Positions 1 through 12,006 of a DNA stretch of 64,000 bases are shown here, piece after piece. The notes under the pieces were generated by a model. The model was not told the origin of the DNA and ran no database searches. It saw nothing but the letters and a program-made list of their open reading frames with translations. Both the position numbers and the translations under genes were made by a program. Where the stretch lies: NCBI GenBank assembly GCA_963772455.1, contig CAVYXJ010000007.1, positions 1-64,000 on the forward strand, given 5' to 3'. The stretch is from Candidatus Bathyarchaeota archaeon. GTDB taxonomy: Archaea; Thermoproteota; Bathyarchaeia; Bathyarchaeales; Bathycorpusculaceae. Position 1 is the first letter of the stretch. Each line of letters starts with the position of its first letter.

Positions 1-1718
1 TTGATGGAAGATTATCTTTCATCCACAGCATTAACTGATAGTCATCTTTCTCAGGAGTATACATACTATATAGAGTAGCTGCCTCGGATATGTCGTCTGT
101 AAATCTGTAAAAAATAAAAGTTCCGAAAAAAGCAATAAAAACCATCACTATTACACCAAAACTAACTATTTTTTTCTTAGAATTCCTACGAAGCAACCTA
201 TTATTCAATATATTATATATTTTTGGAAAAGCTTCAACGGCAAAAATAGCGATAATGAAAGTTAAACTAAGATAAATAATAGTTGTCAGATGATTTGAAT
301 CTATTACTGTTATAAGAAGTCGACCAAACACAAACGGTAATTTTTGTAGAAGACCATTGTATATCAGAGCACTCAGGAAGTAAGCGCTCAATAAGAGGAC
401 TGCAAAAATGTTGACGATCGGTTGTATGCCTTTCTGCCGCTTTATTATAAGAAAAACTAAAGTTACAACGCTGACTAAAAGTAATCCTAACCAAAAAAAT
501 CTGAGAATAAGGTGAGGACTAATACTAAAAGTATCAGAAAAAATCAGAAGGCTACTTTGACCACTAGGATACACAGGAATTAATCCAGGATAGTTAGAGT
601 AATTATCTGGAATGAAGTCAGGGATTCCCACGTTATGAGCTGGCAAAAAAAAGACTTGACCAAATCTAAATATATACGGTACAAATGGTAAAAGACTAAA
701 ACAAAAGAAAATAGATAAATTTTGAAATTTTGCAGATAAACTCTTAAGATTTGGCAAACTTTGAAGAGTTAATATAATAAATGTTAGTAATAAAACAAAA
801 TAAAATGTAATATGAATGGCAGCTAGAAAACCTGCAAGAACCCCACAGATTATTAATCTAAGCTTGAAGTGATCGGCATCTATTTTTTTAAATAATGTGA
901 ACACAAGGCCTATGGAAACAAAAAAAAGTGGAAGACCTACCAAAAAAGAGTTGCCACCCCAAGTTATGAAAAGTGGATACATTGAAACAATGGCAATTAC
1001 AAAGGTGAATATCAGTCCATAAGGCTTCTCCTTAGACAGTTCTTTTCCCAGGAAATATGCTCCTAAAACAGCTAAAAAATTGAAAAGAGGTGTTAGGTAG
1101 AAAACCGCTTGAGCAGTATCCCAACCGATGAGCAGAGAAGAATAACCAAAGATTACAGAATGCCCTTGTGGAACAGTAACGTCAGCGGGCAGATAAGGGC
1201 TGTAAGTAGAAGGAAGGCTACCATGTTCCAACAGAATTTCTGCTGAAAGAGCATTTTGACTAGGTATCGTGAATTGACCCTAGGACAAAACTTGAAAGAG
1301 AGTTAACTGCAAAATAATATATTAATAAAGCGAATAATAGAACAAACAGTCCTTCTATATTTGGTTTATTAAACAGTTTAGGGGAAGAGAAAAAGTCACG
1401 AAAAGGATGACTACGAAGTGCAACCATTGTTTTCTTAACGGTAATTGAAATTTCGGTCTTATGCAGGAAAATGACAGCAACTAATGAGCCAAAAGAGACT
1501 AAGTACATGGTTAAAGTTTGAAAAAGCCCAAGAGGAACTAATGCTAGTCCAAATATGAGCAAACCGCCAAGATAAAAATTGATCACTAACAACCTAAATA
1601 ACCCTAAATTGCTAAATAATTTGCTATAACGAGCAATAAGATATCTAAAAGGTTCGCCAACAATGAACAAGTTTAGAAGAATAATAAGTAGTTGAGTAAA
1701 CAAGAGGACTTGGTTCAT
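1..1718 (-). CDS. Large polytopic membrane protein of glycosylation locus (GT-C-like); frameshifted, runs off window
   Basis: ORF 1260..1718 is hydrophobic and ends GSIHDT*. Another frame continues SQNALSAEILLEHGSLPSTY...VPQGHSVIF...LGAYFLGKEL, with further hydrophobic segments towards position 1. Adjacent to glycosyltransferases. Confidence 0.55.
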
Positions 1719-2968
1719 ATAATCGCCTTATAGGAGTCAAGCACAATGCTAGCAATATGAGACCAAGTTAGTTTGTTCAACACGTAGTCTTTGCCGTTTT
1801 TTCCAAGTGATTGTCTCAAGTTTTCATCTTGCATTAGTTTTTGCAGAGCCTCTTTTATGCTCTCCGAATCACCTGGCGGTACCAAAATACCTGTTTGTCC
1901 CGTCTTTACAAAAGTTGAAGCGCCTCCAACATCGGTAACTATTACGGGTTTTCCCAAAGCCATTGCCTCTATAGCAACAATTCCAAAAGATTCACAAGTT
2001 GAGGGGCGGACTAGTACATCAGCACACTGATATTTTTCAATAAGGTGATTCTGATCAACATGACCATCAAATTGTATTATTTCAGACAGATCGTATTCTA
2101 AAACCATCTTTTTGAGCATTTTAAAGTAAGAGGGAAAACGCGAATTATCACCAACAATATCAACTGACAAACGCTTGAGTTCCTCTTGAGACATTAAGCT
2201 TAATGCTTTTATTAGAAATTCTATGCCTTTATTAGGATAAAGTGTACCAACAAATAAAATCCTAAATTTCCCATCTTTGACTAATGTTTTGCACTGTGAA
2301 TTTACGGTTAATGAATGCGTGTCTACACCACAAGGAACTATGGTAATTTTATTGGGTGAGACTCCAAATATTGATAGGATATCTAAATCAGCTTCACTCA
2401 CGGCAAACACGCAAGCAGCATCCGCTAAAGAGCGTTTTAAAACAGTTCTTAGAAACAATTGGACAAGAAAACTAGATTTTTTGTAAGTATCGAAGAATTC
2501 AAAAATACCATGAACATGAATCACATACGGTACATTATGTTTAACACAAATTCGAGACATGACATAAGTAGTCTCCAAAAAACCTATTACGTGAAAGTGA
2601 ACAACATCATATTTTGAAAAGCCTTCTTGTAAAAAAGCCATCATCCGAGGCGAAATTATCCTCGCTCTTTCATGAAATGAATAACCTATTCCAAGGTAAG
2701 GAAAACGATAAATCCAAATTCCATCCATTAGCTCTATCTGAGTCAGACGCGCACTTCTGTAAGCTAAAACACGTTTAGGAAGTTTGAATGTGTCATAGTC
2801 AATATTATTTTCGGGAACGGCACAAGACAAAGTGTTGATAGTTGCAACATCGCAATGAACACCTAGATGCGTCAACTCTTTGGCAATATAATACACTGCT
2901 CGTTCGCTTCCACCTTCGGATGGCAAGAAAAAAGGGCAAACATGTAAGATTCTCATTAAACAATACAC
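1715..2968 (-). CDS. Glycosyltransferase family 4 (GT-B)
   Basis: N-terminal GGSER motif, ILFVG, and the GT4 signature ESFGIVAIEAMALGKPVI. Confidence 0.92.
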   Translation of the reverse strand: MYCLMRILHVCPFFLPSEGGSERAVYYIAKELTHLGVHCDVATINTLSCAVPENNIDYDTFKLPKRVLAYRSARLTQIELMDGIWIYRFPYLGIGYSFHERARIISPRMMAFLQEGFSKYDVVHFHVIGFLETTYVMSRICVKHNVPYVIHVHGIFEFFDTYKKSSFLVQLFLRTVLKRSLADAACVFAVSEADLDILSIFGVSPNKITIVPCGVDTHSLTVNSQCKTLVKDGKFRILFVGTLYPNKGIEFLIKALSLMSQEELKRLSVDIVGDNSRFPSYFKMLKKMVLEYDLSEIIQFDGHVDQNHLIEKYQCADVLVRPSTCESFGIVAIEAMALGKPVIVTDVGGASTFVKTGQTGILVPPGDSESIKEALQKLMQDENLRQSLGKNGKDYVLNKLTWSHIASIVLDSYKAII

Positions 2969-2987
2969 TCAGCCAATTGGGAAAAGA

Positions 2988-4461
2988 TCAAGTTCTTTCC
3001 CACCTCTGATCCTTTTCATGTCCACTCAGAGAGTTCAAACCGACAAATGCCATTTTGATATCGCCTACTGACTTCAAAGTAATCAATGATTTAGCCATGA
3101 AAACGGGGGCTTTGTGAATTTTCCAGATTTTTTCACACCAAATCATTGGGTCGTAGGAACATTTTAGCATTGGCTTCCCCATATCGTATTCATCATAGTT
3201 ATATGGATTAATTAGAAACCAATTGTTCTTTAAAGAAGCATAATACAATGGTGTTCCAGGATAAGTTACAATTACGCTTGATTGTAAACAATCCCCAAAT
3301 TTTGCTTTATAGAGCATAAGTTTTTTTGTTATATCATAGGTTCTTTGTACGTCCTTCTCACTTTCCCATGGAAAGCCGGTCATAGTTGTTAATTTCACCC
3401 GCAAACCATGATCCTTAGCATTTTTTACGCCGGCTACAATTTGTTCGATAGTTTCTTTTTTGCTTATTTGTTTTAATGTCTCGTTACTACCTGACTCCAA
3501 ACCAACCTTGAGGAGACGGAAGCCTGTTTTTTTTAGTATTTTACACGTTTCATCATTAAGATTATCAGCCCGAGAGTTGGAAGAAAGATTAACTTCGCCT
3601 ATTAGTCCTCTTTCATGCATTTCTTTGTGAAAATCACATAACCATTTTCGATTATAAATTCCGCCGCTTTCATTGTCATCGAATATTTCCTTGAAATGAT
3701 ATTTCTCAGTCATTTGGGCAATCTCTTCGGCAACATGTTTGGGAGAACGTAATCGTGCTTTCAGAGACCATAAGAGTATGCTGCCAAACACAAAACGCAC
3801 AATTACCAATTCCGCATGGTCCCCCTCCACATCCTCGACCGCTCATCAAATACCCAGAAGGATGGTGGAGGTAGGCTTCTTTGTAGTTAAGCCCAATAAT
3901 TTCCCAATCTATAAAAGGTAGTTTATCTAAATCCTCAATTAACTTTGGAGGCCCACTTTGGCGGATTTTTTCTTCTTCACGATACCATATTCCGCCGATC
4001 AACTCTGTTCCGTTAGTTACATGATTACAAATGCTACGCATAGCGAAGTCATAGTCGCCTGAAGCAACGACATAATCTGTTTGACTTTTCAACATTGACT
4101 CTTCAGGATTCCAAGTGACATGATCGCCGACTAGAACTATTTTTGTATCTAATTGCTTTTTTAGTTCTTCGATATATGCCCAATGCCTATAAATCATAGG
4201 TGTTTTGGTCTCGATCATCGCAATATCGGGCTTGAAACTAAAAAGTGCATTGTTATATTTTTCTAACTTAGTTCGACCAATGATGCCGTCGTGCCAGAAA
4301 ACTTCGTGACCATCTTCCTTTAGCATAGTTGCCGTGTAAGCTGGTACGATTGGAGGCGGAAAACTCTCCATAGTATTCGTAAATTTAAATTGTCTATTCT
4401 GTCCAATTGTAGGAAAACAACCGTCTTTAACTAAAGGCGGGTAGAGAATTGCAACACGCAT
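2988..4461 (-). CDS. B12-binding-domain radical SAM protein (split by one frameshift near 3780)
   Basis: ORF 3706..4461 has the B12-binding N-terminus (LVGDHVT) and GRGC...CAFC. ORF 2988..3830 has RSPKHVAEEI, VGLESGS, GFPWE and YPGTPLY. Confidence 0.85.
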
Positions 4462-4473
4462 ATTAGAGAACTC

Positions 4474-5538
4474 TCACTTTTCCCTAGTAGAATAATTTAA
4501 GGGTTTATAGATTTTGGGATTTAACTTAGCAAAATCAGACCACTTTGTATAACCATTGAGATAATGCAAAATGGGCGAAGGTTGCTTTACGCATAGTTCC
4601 ATTAATTCTTCATCTGATTTTTTTCTAATTTGTTGAACTTCTTTTCTATGAGACCAAATGAGTTTTGAATTGAATAAAAGCCATCCATAAGCCATAATGG
4701 GAGTTGAACCAAATTTTGCTATACTTATAATATCAAGTGCAAAACGTGCTGGTAAATACTTTATTATATTTGTTATTTCATAATTTTTAACCATCATGTA
4801 AATATTATTTTTGTATTTTCGGTACATGGTAATTTTATCTGTCTTGCCGCCGCCTTTATGCCATACTACAGATGATGGAACGCACATCAATCTATAGCCA
4901 TTTAGTCTAATTCTCCACGCTAAATCCAATTCTTCATGGTAAATAATAAAAGACTCATCAAAAAGTCCGATCCGTCTTAGAATATCACAGCGTGTTAAGA
5001 GAACTGAGCCGCCCACGAAAAATGTCTCACATGCCGTTTGATATTGCCCTTTATCTTTTTCCAAAGAATAGAAAATCCTTCCTCGATTAAGAGCATAGCC
5101 AAAAGCATCCATCCACATTCCTGCTGAACCATTATATTCAAATTCTGTTGGTTTCCAGAAGGACAATATTTTTGGTTGGAGTCCGCCAATATCTGGATTA
5201 GATTCCGCAACATCAATCAATTTATTGAGCCATTGAGGATCAAAGATTACATCACAATCGACAAACGCGACGTATTTGCTTACAGGATCAATCGCCCTAA
5301 AGCCTGAGTTCCAAGCCCCTCCAGAGCCGAGATTTTTCTTATTTTCGATAACCTTTATTTTGGGAAATTTCTTTCTGATGAAGGTTGTTGTACCATCTTC
5401 TGATGCATTGTCGCAGAATATGAGCTCGAAATTTGGGTAATCTGTTTTGTATAATGAACGTATTGACTCATCAGCAATTTTTCTTTTTTTGTAATGAGCC
5501 ATGATTATTGAGACTTTAACCATTTTTTTCAGTACCAT
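4474..5538 (-). CDS. Glycosyltransferase family 2
   Basis: DNASEDG, NLGSGGAWN, DCD (DxD), GLFDESF..YHEELDLAWR and VWH motifs. Confidence 0.92.
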   Translation of the reverse strand: MVLKKMVKVSIIMAHYKKRKIADESIRSLYKTDYPNFELIFCDNASEDGTTTFIRKKFPKIKVIENKKNLGSGGAWNSGFRAIDPVSKYVAFVDCDVIFDPQWLNKLIDVAESNPDIGGLQPKILSFWKPTEFEYNGSAGMWMDAFGYALNRGRIFYSLEKDKGQYQTACETFFVGGSVLLTRCDILRRIGLFDESFIIYHEELDLAWRIRLNGYRLMCVPSSVVWHKGGGKTDKITMYRKYKNNIYMMVKNYEITNIIKYLPARFALDIISIAKFGSTPIMAYGWLLFNSKLIWSHRKEVQQIRKKSDEELMELCVKQPSPILHYLNGYTKWSDFAKLNPKIYKPLNYSTREK

Positions 5539-5543
5539 GATTA

Positions 5544-6326
5544 TTATTTCACTTGTTTTTGAGAATATTCTCGTTTGACTAGCCGAAGAGCATGGTACTC
5601 AGAGAGGATAATCTTCGGCATTTTTTTCAAAGAGTAAACTTTACTACCGCCAAATCTTTGTCGATAACTAATTGGAATTTCAACAACTTTTAACTTCTTT
5701 AAAGACATCCTTGCTGTAAATTCAAGCCAAAAGTTATATTTGGAATAAGCAATCTCGGAGGCGATATTATGTGCAGTTTCAACCTTCATTAACCTCATAA
5801 CACTTGTTACGTCCTGACATTTTACTGGAAACATGATTCTTTCGAGAAGCTGTAAACCTTTTGAGAGGATACGACGGTAAGGGGGCTCCTTTCTGGAAAT
5901 TCGCCTTCCCATAACAATATCTGCGGAAGTATCATCCATTGTTTGGAAGACTTTGTAAAAATCATTTGGTTCATATTGACCGTCAGAATCAATTGATATT
6001 ACGTGTGAGTATTTTTCCACGCTTACTTGTAGAAAAGCTTCTTTCATTGCTTTAGGATAGCCTTTTTTTTCTGGAGACATATGAACATAAACTTTTGGAT
6101 ATTTTTTCATTAGTTTTGATAGAATATCTTTTGTGCCATCTTTGCTTCCGTCCTCAAAAATCAAAATATCTACGAATGGTAGGCAATTAGCAACTTTTTT
6201 GTAAAGTTCGTCTATTGTGAGTTCAATCGTATCGACTTCGTTATACACTGGCATGATTATTGCGATGCGTCCTTGAGCTGTAAGATTTGGGGTTTTTGGC
6301 AGTACTAATTCAGAGGTATTTTTCAT
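5544..6326 (-). CDS. Glycosyltransferase family 2, DPM1/polyprenol-phosphate sugar synthase-like
   Basis: MPVYNE, EDGSKDGT, DSDGQY and EIPISYRQRFGGSK motifs. Confidence 0.88.
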   Translation of the reverse strand: MKNTSELVLPKTPNLTAQGRIAIIMPVYNEVDTIELTIDELYKKVANCLPFVDILIFEDGSKDGTKDILSKLMKKYPKVYVHMSPEKKGYPKAMKEAFLQVSVEKYSHVISIDSDGQYEPNDFYKVFQTMDDTSADIVMGRRISRKEPPYRRILSKGLQLLERIMFPVKCQDVTSVMRLMKVETAHNIASEIAYSKYNFWLEFTARMSLKKLKVVEIPISYRQRFGGSKVYSLKKMPKIILSEYHALRLVKREYSQKQVK

Positions 6327-6593
6327 TTTTTCAAGGTCCTGAAAAACATTTTCGATCGCTGAGCACTTTTTCTAGATTCTTTCTTATTTTCAAGATTTCT
6401 TAGAGATGTAATACCGGCTAATAATCCTTTTTAAACATTCTTTGAAAAAACTTTTGTAAAAAAGCAAGAGATCGTTTACATGAATACATCAATTGAATGA
6501 TGCATTGTAAATGTTAAGTTGATTCTTTATTCTATCCATTTAAATGTTGCTTGCTCTTTTAAAGCCAATGTCAAAAATAAAAAAGGTAGAGGT

Positions 6594-7847
6594 TTACCTC
6601 CAAGTTATGATTTGGGCATTTTGTCTTGAATTATCGTAGTAAGATCCAGCTGTGAAGACCGCGTTTGATCCTGATACAAGTCCGAACGCAATTGAATTCG
6701 CTTCTGTCCCTGCCGTTGTAAACCAACTGGTCATTGATACAAGACTTAAACTGACTCCATTCCAGTCTAAAAGTTGAGCATAATCTCGGAAACCGTCATT
6801 TGTTGTTCCTATGGTGAAAATGTCCAAACCAGTACCAGCATTGTATTGACCTATGGCAATAGCATTGATCTGTGTATTTGAGGTGGTGAACCAAGATCTA
6901 TAAGAATTTACGACCATTGTTGCTCCGTCCCAAACAGCTAACTCAGAATTCCAACGAGTACCGTCAAAGAAAGAACCACCAGTTACAAGTTCGTTTCCAG
7001 CAATACCATTAACATTTCCGACGACCAAGGAGTTCAATAGTGTGGATCCAATTGTGCTCCAGAATCTATAGACACTAACAGTCATTGTAGATCCAGTCCA
7101 AACGGCTAACTCAGCATACCTCTGCGAATTGAAGAAAAATGAACTGCCAGTAACCACCTCGTTCAGACCATCATTGTTAACATCACCAACTGTTACAGCA
7201 GTAAGTTGAGTGTCAGAAGCAGTGATCCAGGCTCTAAACGCATTAACAGCAAGTGTGGCTCCATCCAAAACGACTAGTTCTGCATGCCATATTGTACCAT
7301 CAAAAAATGAACCAGCAGTTACAATTTCGTTTCCCGCTACACCATCAACATCACCGATGGCTAATGAACTGATTTGGGTATCTGCCACTGTAAACCAAGA
7401 CTTATAGGCGGTAACGACCATTGTTGCTCCGTTCCAAACAGCTAACTCAACATTCCAACGAGTACCGTCAAAGAAAGAACCACCAGTAACCACCTCGTTC
7501 AGACCATCATTGTTAACATCACCAACTGTTACAGCAGTAAGTTGAGTGTCAGATAAAGTGGTCCACGACCTGTAGGCAATAACAGTCATTGTTGTTGGAT
7601 CCCAAACTACCAATTGAGCATTCCAATGTGTCCCATCGTTGAAATAACCTGCTGTAACCAATTCGTTTTGTCCGTCAGCATTTACATCTCCAATTGCAGA
7701 TGAAGCAATATTGGTGTCACTAAATGTGAACCATGTTTTAGTATTCTGTGAAAGAAGGGCAGATGTTGTGTTGGACATAACTGACATTGTGAGAAATACT
7801 GCAATTGATAGCAGCACTATTATTTTTTGAGTTTTGCTTTTCAACAT
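6594..7847 (-). CDS. Secreted FG-GAP/VCBS-like beta-propeller repeat protein
   Basis: Signal peptide followed by about seven 56-aa repeats with GDVN.DG.NE.VT.G Ca-binding-like loops. Confidence 0.8.
   Translation of the reverse strand: MLKSKTQKIIVLLSIAVFLTMSVMSNTTSALLSQNTKTWFTFSDTNIASSAIGDVNADGQNELVTAGYFNDGTHWNAQLVVWDPTTMTVIAYRSWTTLSDTQLTAVTVGDVNNDGLNEVVTGGSFFDGTRWNVELAVWNGATMVVTAYKSWFTVADTQISSLAIGDVDGVAGNEIVTAGSFFDGTIWHAELVVLDGATLAVNAFRAWITASDTQLTAVTVGDVNNDGLNEVVTGSSFFFNSQRYAELAVWTGSTMTVSVYRFWSTIGSTLLNSLVVGNVNGIAGNELVTGGSFFDGTRWNSELAVWDGATMVVNSYRSWFTTSNTQINAIAIGQYNAGTGLDIFTIGTTNDGFRDYAQLLDWNGVSLSLVSMTSWFTTAGTEANSIAFGLVSGSNAVFTAGSYYDNSRQNAQIITWR
6910..7553. repeat. Near-exact intragenic DNA repeats
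   Basis: 71 bp identical at 7147-7217 and 7483-7553. 74 bp with 3 mismatches at 6910-6983 and 7414-7487. Confidence 0.9.
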
Positions 7848-7921
7848 TTTAGAAAATCTCCTTTTGGTCTATTTGATTTTTAACTATCATTTCGGGATAA
7901 AATTTTTTATGTTTAAAAAGT

Positions 7922-7945
7922 TGTGACTTCAAAGATGAAGTCACA
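7922..7945. promoter_or_regulatory. 24-bp palindromic operator, site 1 (upstream of beta-propeller gene)
   Basis: TGTGACTTC-AAAGAT-GAAGTCACA has perfect arms. On the minus strand TTTTTAAA follows 2 nt later. Confidence 0.7.
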
Positions 7946-7970
7946 AACATATGTGGGTTTATCATGGTAA

Positions 7971-10900
7971 TCATCTTTGGGCGTTTGCAGTGTTTGATGG
8001 TGTAGAGTTGGCGGTCATTGAAGGATATCCAGTTACTGGGATGCCTGTGGCCATGAGGATGCCTACGTTGTTTGATGCTATGATTCTGTAGTAGTATGTT
8101 TGACCTGGGGTACCTGTAGTATCTGTGTAAGATGTGGCTGTTGCTGATGGAGGCGTAATTGTTGTGAAAGTGGTGAATGCTGAAGTTGTAGATTTTTCGA
8201 TGATTAAGCTCGTAGCGTTTAGGGCATTGTTTGTCCAAGCTAATGCGATGCCGCCTGTAACATGATTCGCTGTTAATCCTGTAGGTGCTTCTGGAGGCAT
8301 TACAAAACACATGGGTCGCATCATGTCATTTTCTTCGTGACCCAGTAGGTGGCAATGGTCAACGTATTCCCAGCCGAAGTTTGTCAGTTGATTAGTTACT
8401 GTAACAGGGTTGCCTATTGGATTGATGTTGGTGAAATTCATTGTGGCGCCTTGTGGTTGCGTTGGATCGAGTAGTCTGATGCTGTTTGGAAGCTTGAACG
8501 GATGATTGTTAGGAGCAATTGGTCTTAGTGCCAATATGATATCTTCGAGTGGATTCATTTGCACAGTGTCTTTCCAGCCAAGCTCATTAGGATCAGCAGG
8601 TTTTATAGCTCCGTCCCAGCCGACACGATTTAGAATTTGTACGTTGAACAGATGGAAGTGCTGAGCATGTGTATCTACTCCGTTGTGAGTGAACTTCCAA
8701 AGTTGAGTTCCATCGGTTGCCGATCCAATTGGAATGGCAGCACTAGAGTTACCCATGATTTCGTTTGGCGGATCTATGTAAGCTTGGATAATAGTTGTCT
8801 GAATTGTACCGTTAGTGTTAGGTATTTCATAGGCAAGAATTGCGTTCATTCGCCCATAATCGTTAGTGAAAAGCTCATGAAGTCCTTTGGGAAGCAGAGG
8901 CATAGTTATTGGGACGGTTTGGCCGACTGGAGTAAACGTGTGAGTTGTGTCTTGGATTCCTGCATAAGCGGATATGTCGCTTGGGAAGTTTCCATTGTAG
9001 GCTGCATTGTAGGGTTCTTGTGGACATATGATGGTGTCTTCAGATATACGGAATGCATTAGCTAAAGCTGTTTGTAACGCTGCAAAGGTGGCAGGATTGT
9101 AGTCATTAGGTGGTGCTGTTGAGGAAGCTCCTGCGGCTACGCGAATTTGCATTACGGTTCGGACGTTTGGACCGTAACCTGGGATTGTGTTTGGAGCGCC
9201 GCCTGTTGATGTCTGGTCTCCGTTGTTAGTGAAGTAGTCTAATCGAGGGTCAGAAGCCGGTACTGGAGCTGGTGCATCGTTGTATAAGATAAGGGTCTTG
9301 CCTGCGAAATTGGTGAAATCAATAAGTACGTCAGCTCTTTCAGCTGGTCCTAAGAAGCAAGCTTTCTCTAAGACGTTCAATACTGTTATGCTTCTTCGGT
9401 TGTAGTCGTAGCCTACTGGTCTGTTAGTGATTAATGCTGGAGCAGGTAGGAAACCGCCTTCTGTGCCGATTTGGATGATTGCTGGACCTCTCCGTGCTGG
9501 ATCTGGGAAACCTCCCGCTCTGCTATCTGGTGTTGGATAATCCGCTGGCCAACCACCTGCATTTGCTGGAAGCATACCAACTTCAGTTAAGCCCGTGTAT
9601 ATTGTTGCTGTTGCAGTTGCTGTCGTATTACCTATGCCTCCTGGCGGAGCGATTGTAACTGTGGGTGCTGATGTGTAACCACTACCTACGCTTAAGAGAT
9701 TAATTGCTGTTACTGCCCCGGCTGTCACTGTTGCAGTTGCAACTGCACCTGTTCCTCCTCCACCTGTAAGAGTTACTAACGGAGCAGATGTATACCCACT
9801 TCCTCCACTAGTAATATTGATTGTGTTAATGATGTTAGATACTAAATATAGTTGCAAGTTAACAAATCGATCGTTGCAGGCGTTTAGAACGCGGAACCTA
9901 ACAAGTGTTGGATTTACGTTAAGGAATGGGTAGGCGTTTCCGTTGACGAGTGGTGTATCCATGAATGATTCTGGTGTGCCAGATGGATTAGGAACTCCTG
10001 GAATTACCGGTGGTTCCCATGGTGCGGACGTTGGATTGTAGTATGGATTTGGCACTGTTCCATGTTGCACTGTCCAAGGAGGCCAGAACCATGGGCCATA
10101 ATCCCATCTGCCGCACGGGTTCGCTCCTTCAAATGAATAGGGGTTCTGGTTTGGCATGTAAACGTGGGGGAACCACAAGTCACCTGTGTTAGGTGCTCTG
10201 ACACCGTTGACTAATGGGTTACTTCCCCAGTTCCAAGTGGGATCTTGGGAAGCTATGGTTGTGGCATCTACAAAGGTTTTATCTTGAATAACTAATGGAA
10301 TTCCAATGTCAGGAAGAATTTTTGCTTGAGTTGGATTAGCTCCAGAATTGTTGGTTTGATTTATGAAGTCTTGTTCGACTGCATCAGTTAGCACGTAGCC
10401 CGCTGCTTCTCCAGCGTAAACGTTGAGACGAGTTATACCTAATGCGTGATCATGGTAAAACATTAGTCGAGCGCTTTGCTGGTTGCTGTAGAAAAAGGTT
10501 AATGTTCCCTGAGGTTCGTACTCCGCCATCCATATCGGGGACATTCTTTACTGCAACACCACTCGGGTAGGGAGTACTTTCTGTTGCAGGTGTAGTCCAT
10601 TGATGCGGAGTTCCATCGCTTATCCAGATTGTGTTGCCTCCGTGAAGGTGTAAAGTGGCACGGTTCTGTGTATAATTGCCTCCGCTTGGTCCTTCACCAG
10701 CACCCATATAAGTTGTATCACACGGTATGAAGAGATCTCCTCCAACACCCGTTGGGAGCTTGTTGACAAATTTTATTCGTACTGGACGATCTCTGGTGGC
10801 AACAATTATGGGTCCAAGATAATGAATTGGGGCAAGTGGAACACCCGCAGCATTAACCTGTACATAGCCCCTCAATTTGGTAGGAGGAAGATCTGAATGC

Positions 10901-11783
10901 ATTTTCTCCGTGTATTCTCTTAACTCTATTCTGTAGAAGTCAGATCCAGGGTAAGTTGTTGTATCTGCAACAGCAACTGGTATAAACTGTCCAAGGTTGT
11001 TTGCCCCTGTTGGTCCTAAACCAGGCAAAGAATCCACGAATTTGCGGATTCCACCATTGATAACAAAAGTTCCAGCTTGCTGGTGAATGTTGCTGTTGCA
11101 ACTGCTCCTTTGGCTCTTGGACTTGGGTCCCTTAAAGAAACCGTTGGAGCTGATGTGTATCCGGTTCCCGGACTTGTAAGTGTTAAAGCCACTACAACTC
11201 CGTTCGAAACTCTTGCCGTCGCTGTTGCGCCTGTTCCTCCACCGCCCGTGAGAACAACATATGGAGTAGTATATCCTGAACCGCCACTTGTAACTGAGAA
11301 ACCGCTAAGGGTACCTCCACTTACAGGAGTCCCAGTCACTGTAGGCAGTGGACTGTTAGCGTAATTACCTGTGGTTCCAAAATAGTCAGGTGTACCACCT
11401 GGAGCTGGAACAACAGTTGGAGCAACAACAGCTGCGTTTGGTCGTGCAGCAGCAGCTGCCAATCTCTGGGCAGGTGTTATTTTGCCTTTATAGTTTAAAT
11501 GGATCTTTTCTTTATCAGCCCCGGTTGTAGGAAGTGACTTAGAAACCGCTAAAGCCAATCCAACAACAGCCGCACCGCCTGCCGCAACCTTAACGAAAGT
11601 ACGTCGAGAAATCCTGTCATTTGCGGTGTTTGCGTTATGACGCCCCAACACTTTTTTGGTCGGGGGTTTTTTTTCTTGTGTTAATTCGCGAATTGGGGCA
11701 CCTGCAACTGCAGCGCCCGATTTGAAGAAATTCCTTTTAGACATATCCTTTACTGTGCTATCGGATTCTTTTGGGTTCGACAT
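7971..11783 (-). CDS. Large Tat-exported multicopper oxidase with C-terminal Fn3 domain (OmpB/MofA-like); two frameshifts (~11050, ~10520)
   Basis: Three ORF pieces join into one protein. Tat motif SRRTFVK; copper motifs [27 protein letters not shown]; Fn3 motif APTGLTA...W...YTD...YYYRI. Confidence 0.88.
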
Positions 11784-11833
11784 GAAAAGTATCCTCTTTT
11801 AATACCATTCTAATCAACATCCTTTTTAAAATA

Positions 11834-11857
11834 TGTGACTGTATCAGTACAGCCACA
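11834..11857. promoter_or_regulatory. 24-bp palindromic operator, site 2 (upstream of large MCO)
   Basis: TGTGACTGT-ATCAGT-ACAGCCACA, followed on the minus strand by TATTTTAAAA. Confidence 0.75.
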
Positions 11858-12006
11858 ACTTGCTTAAGGCATCAGATATACGATATGCAATTAAAAAGCA
11901 TCAAGGATTAATGAATTAGTTCTATCGAGTTGCGAATAAAACTTCAAGTTCTGGAATGTCAATTATTAACTTCCAGCATACTTTTATGCAGCTAATTTTT
12001 TGTTGC

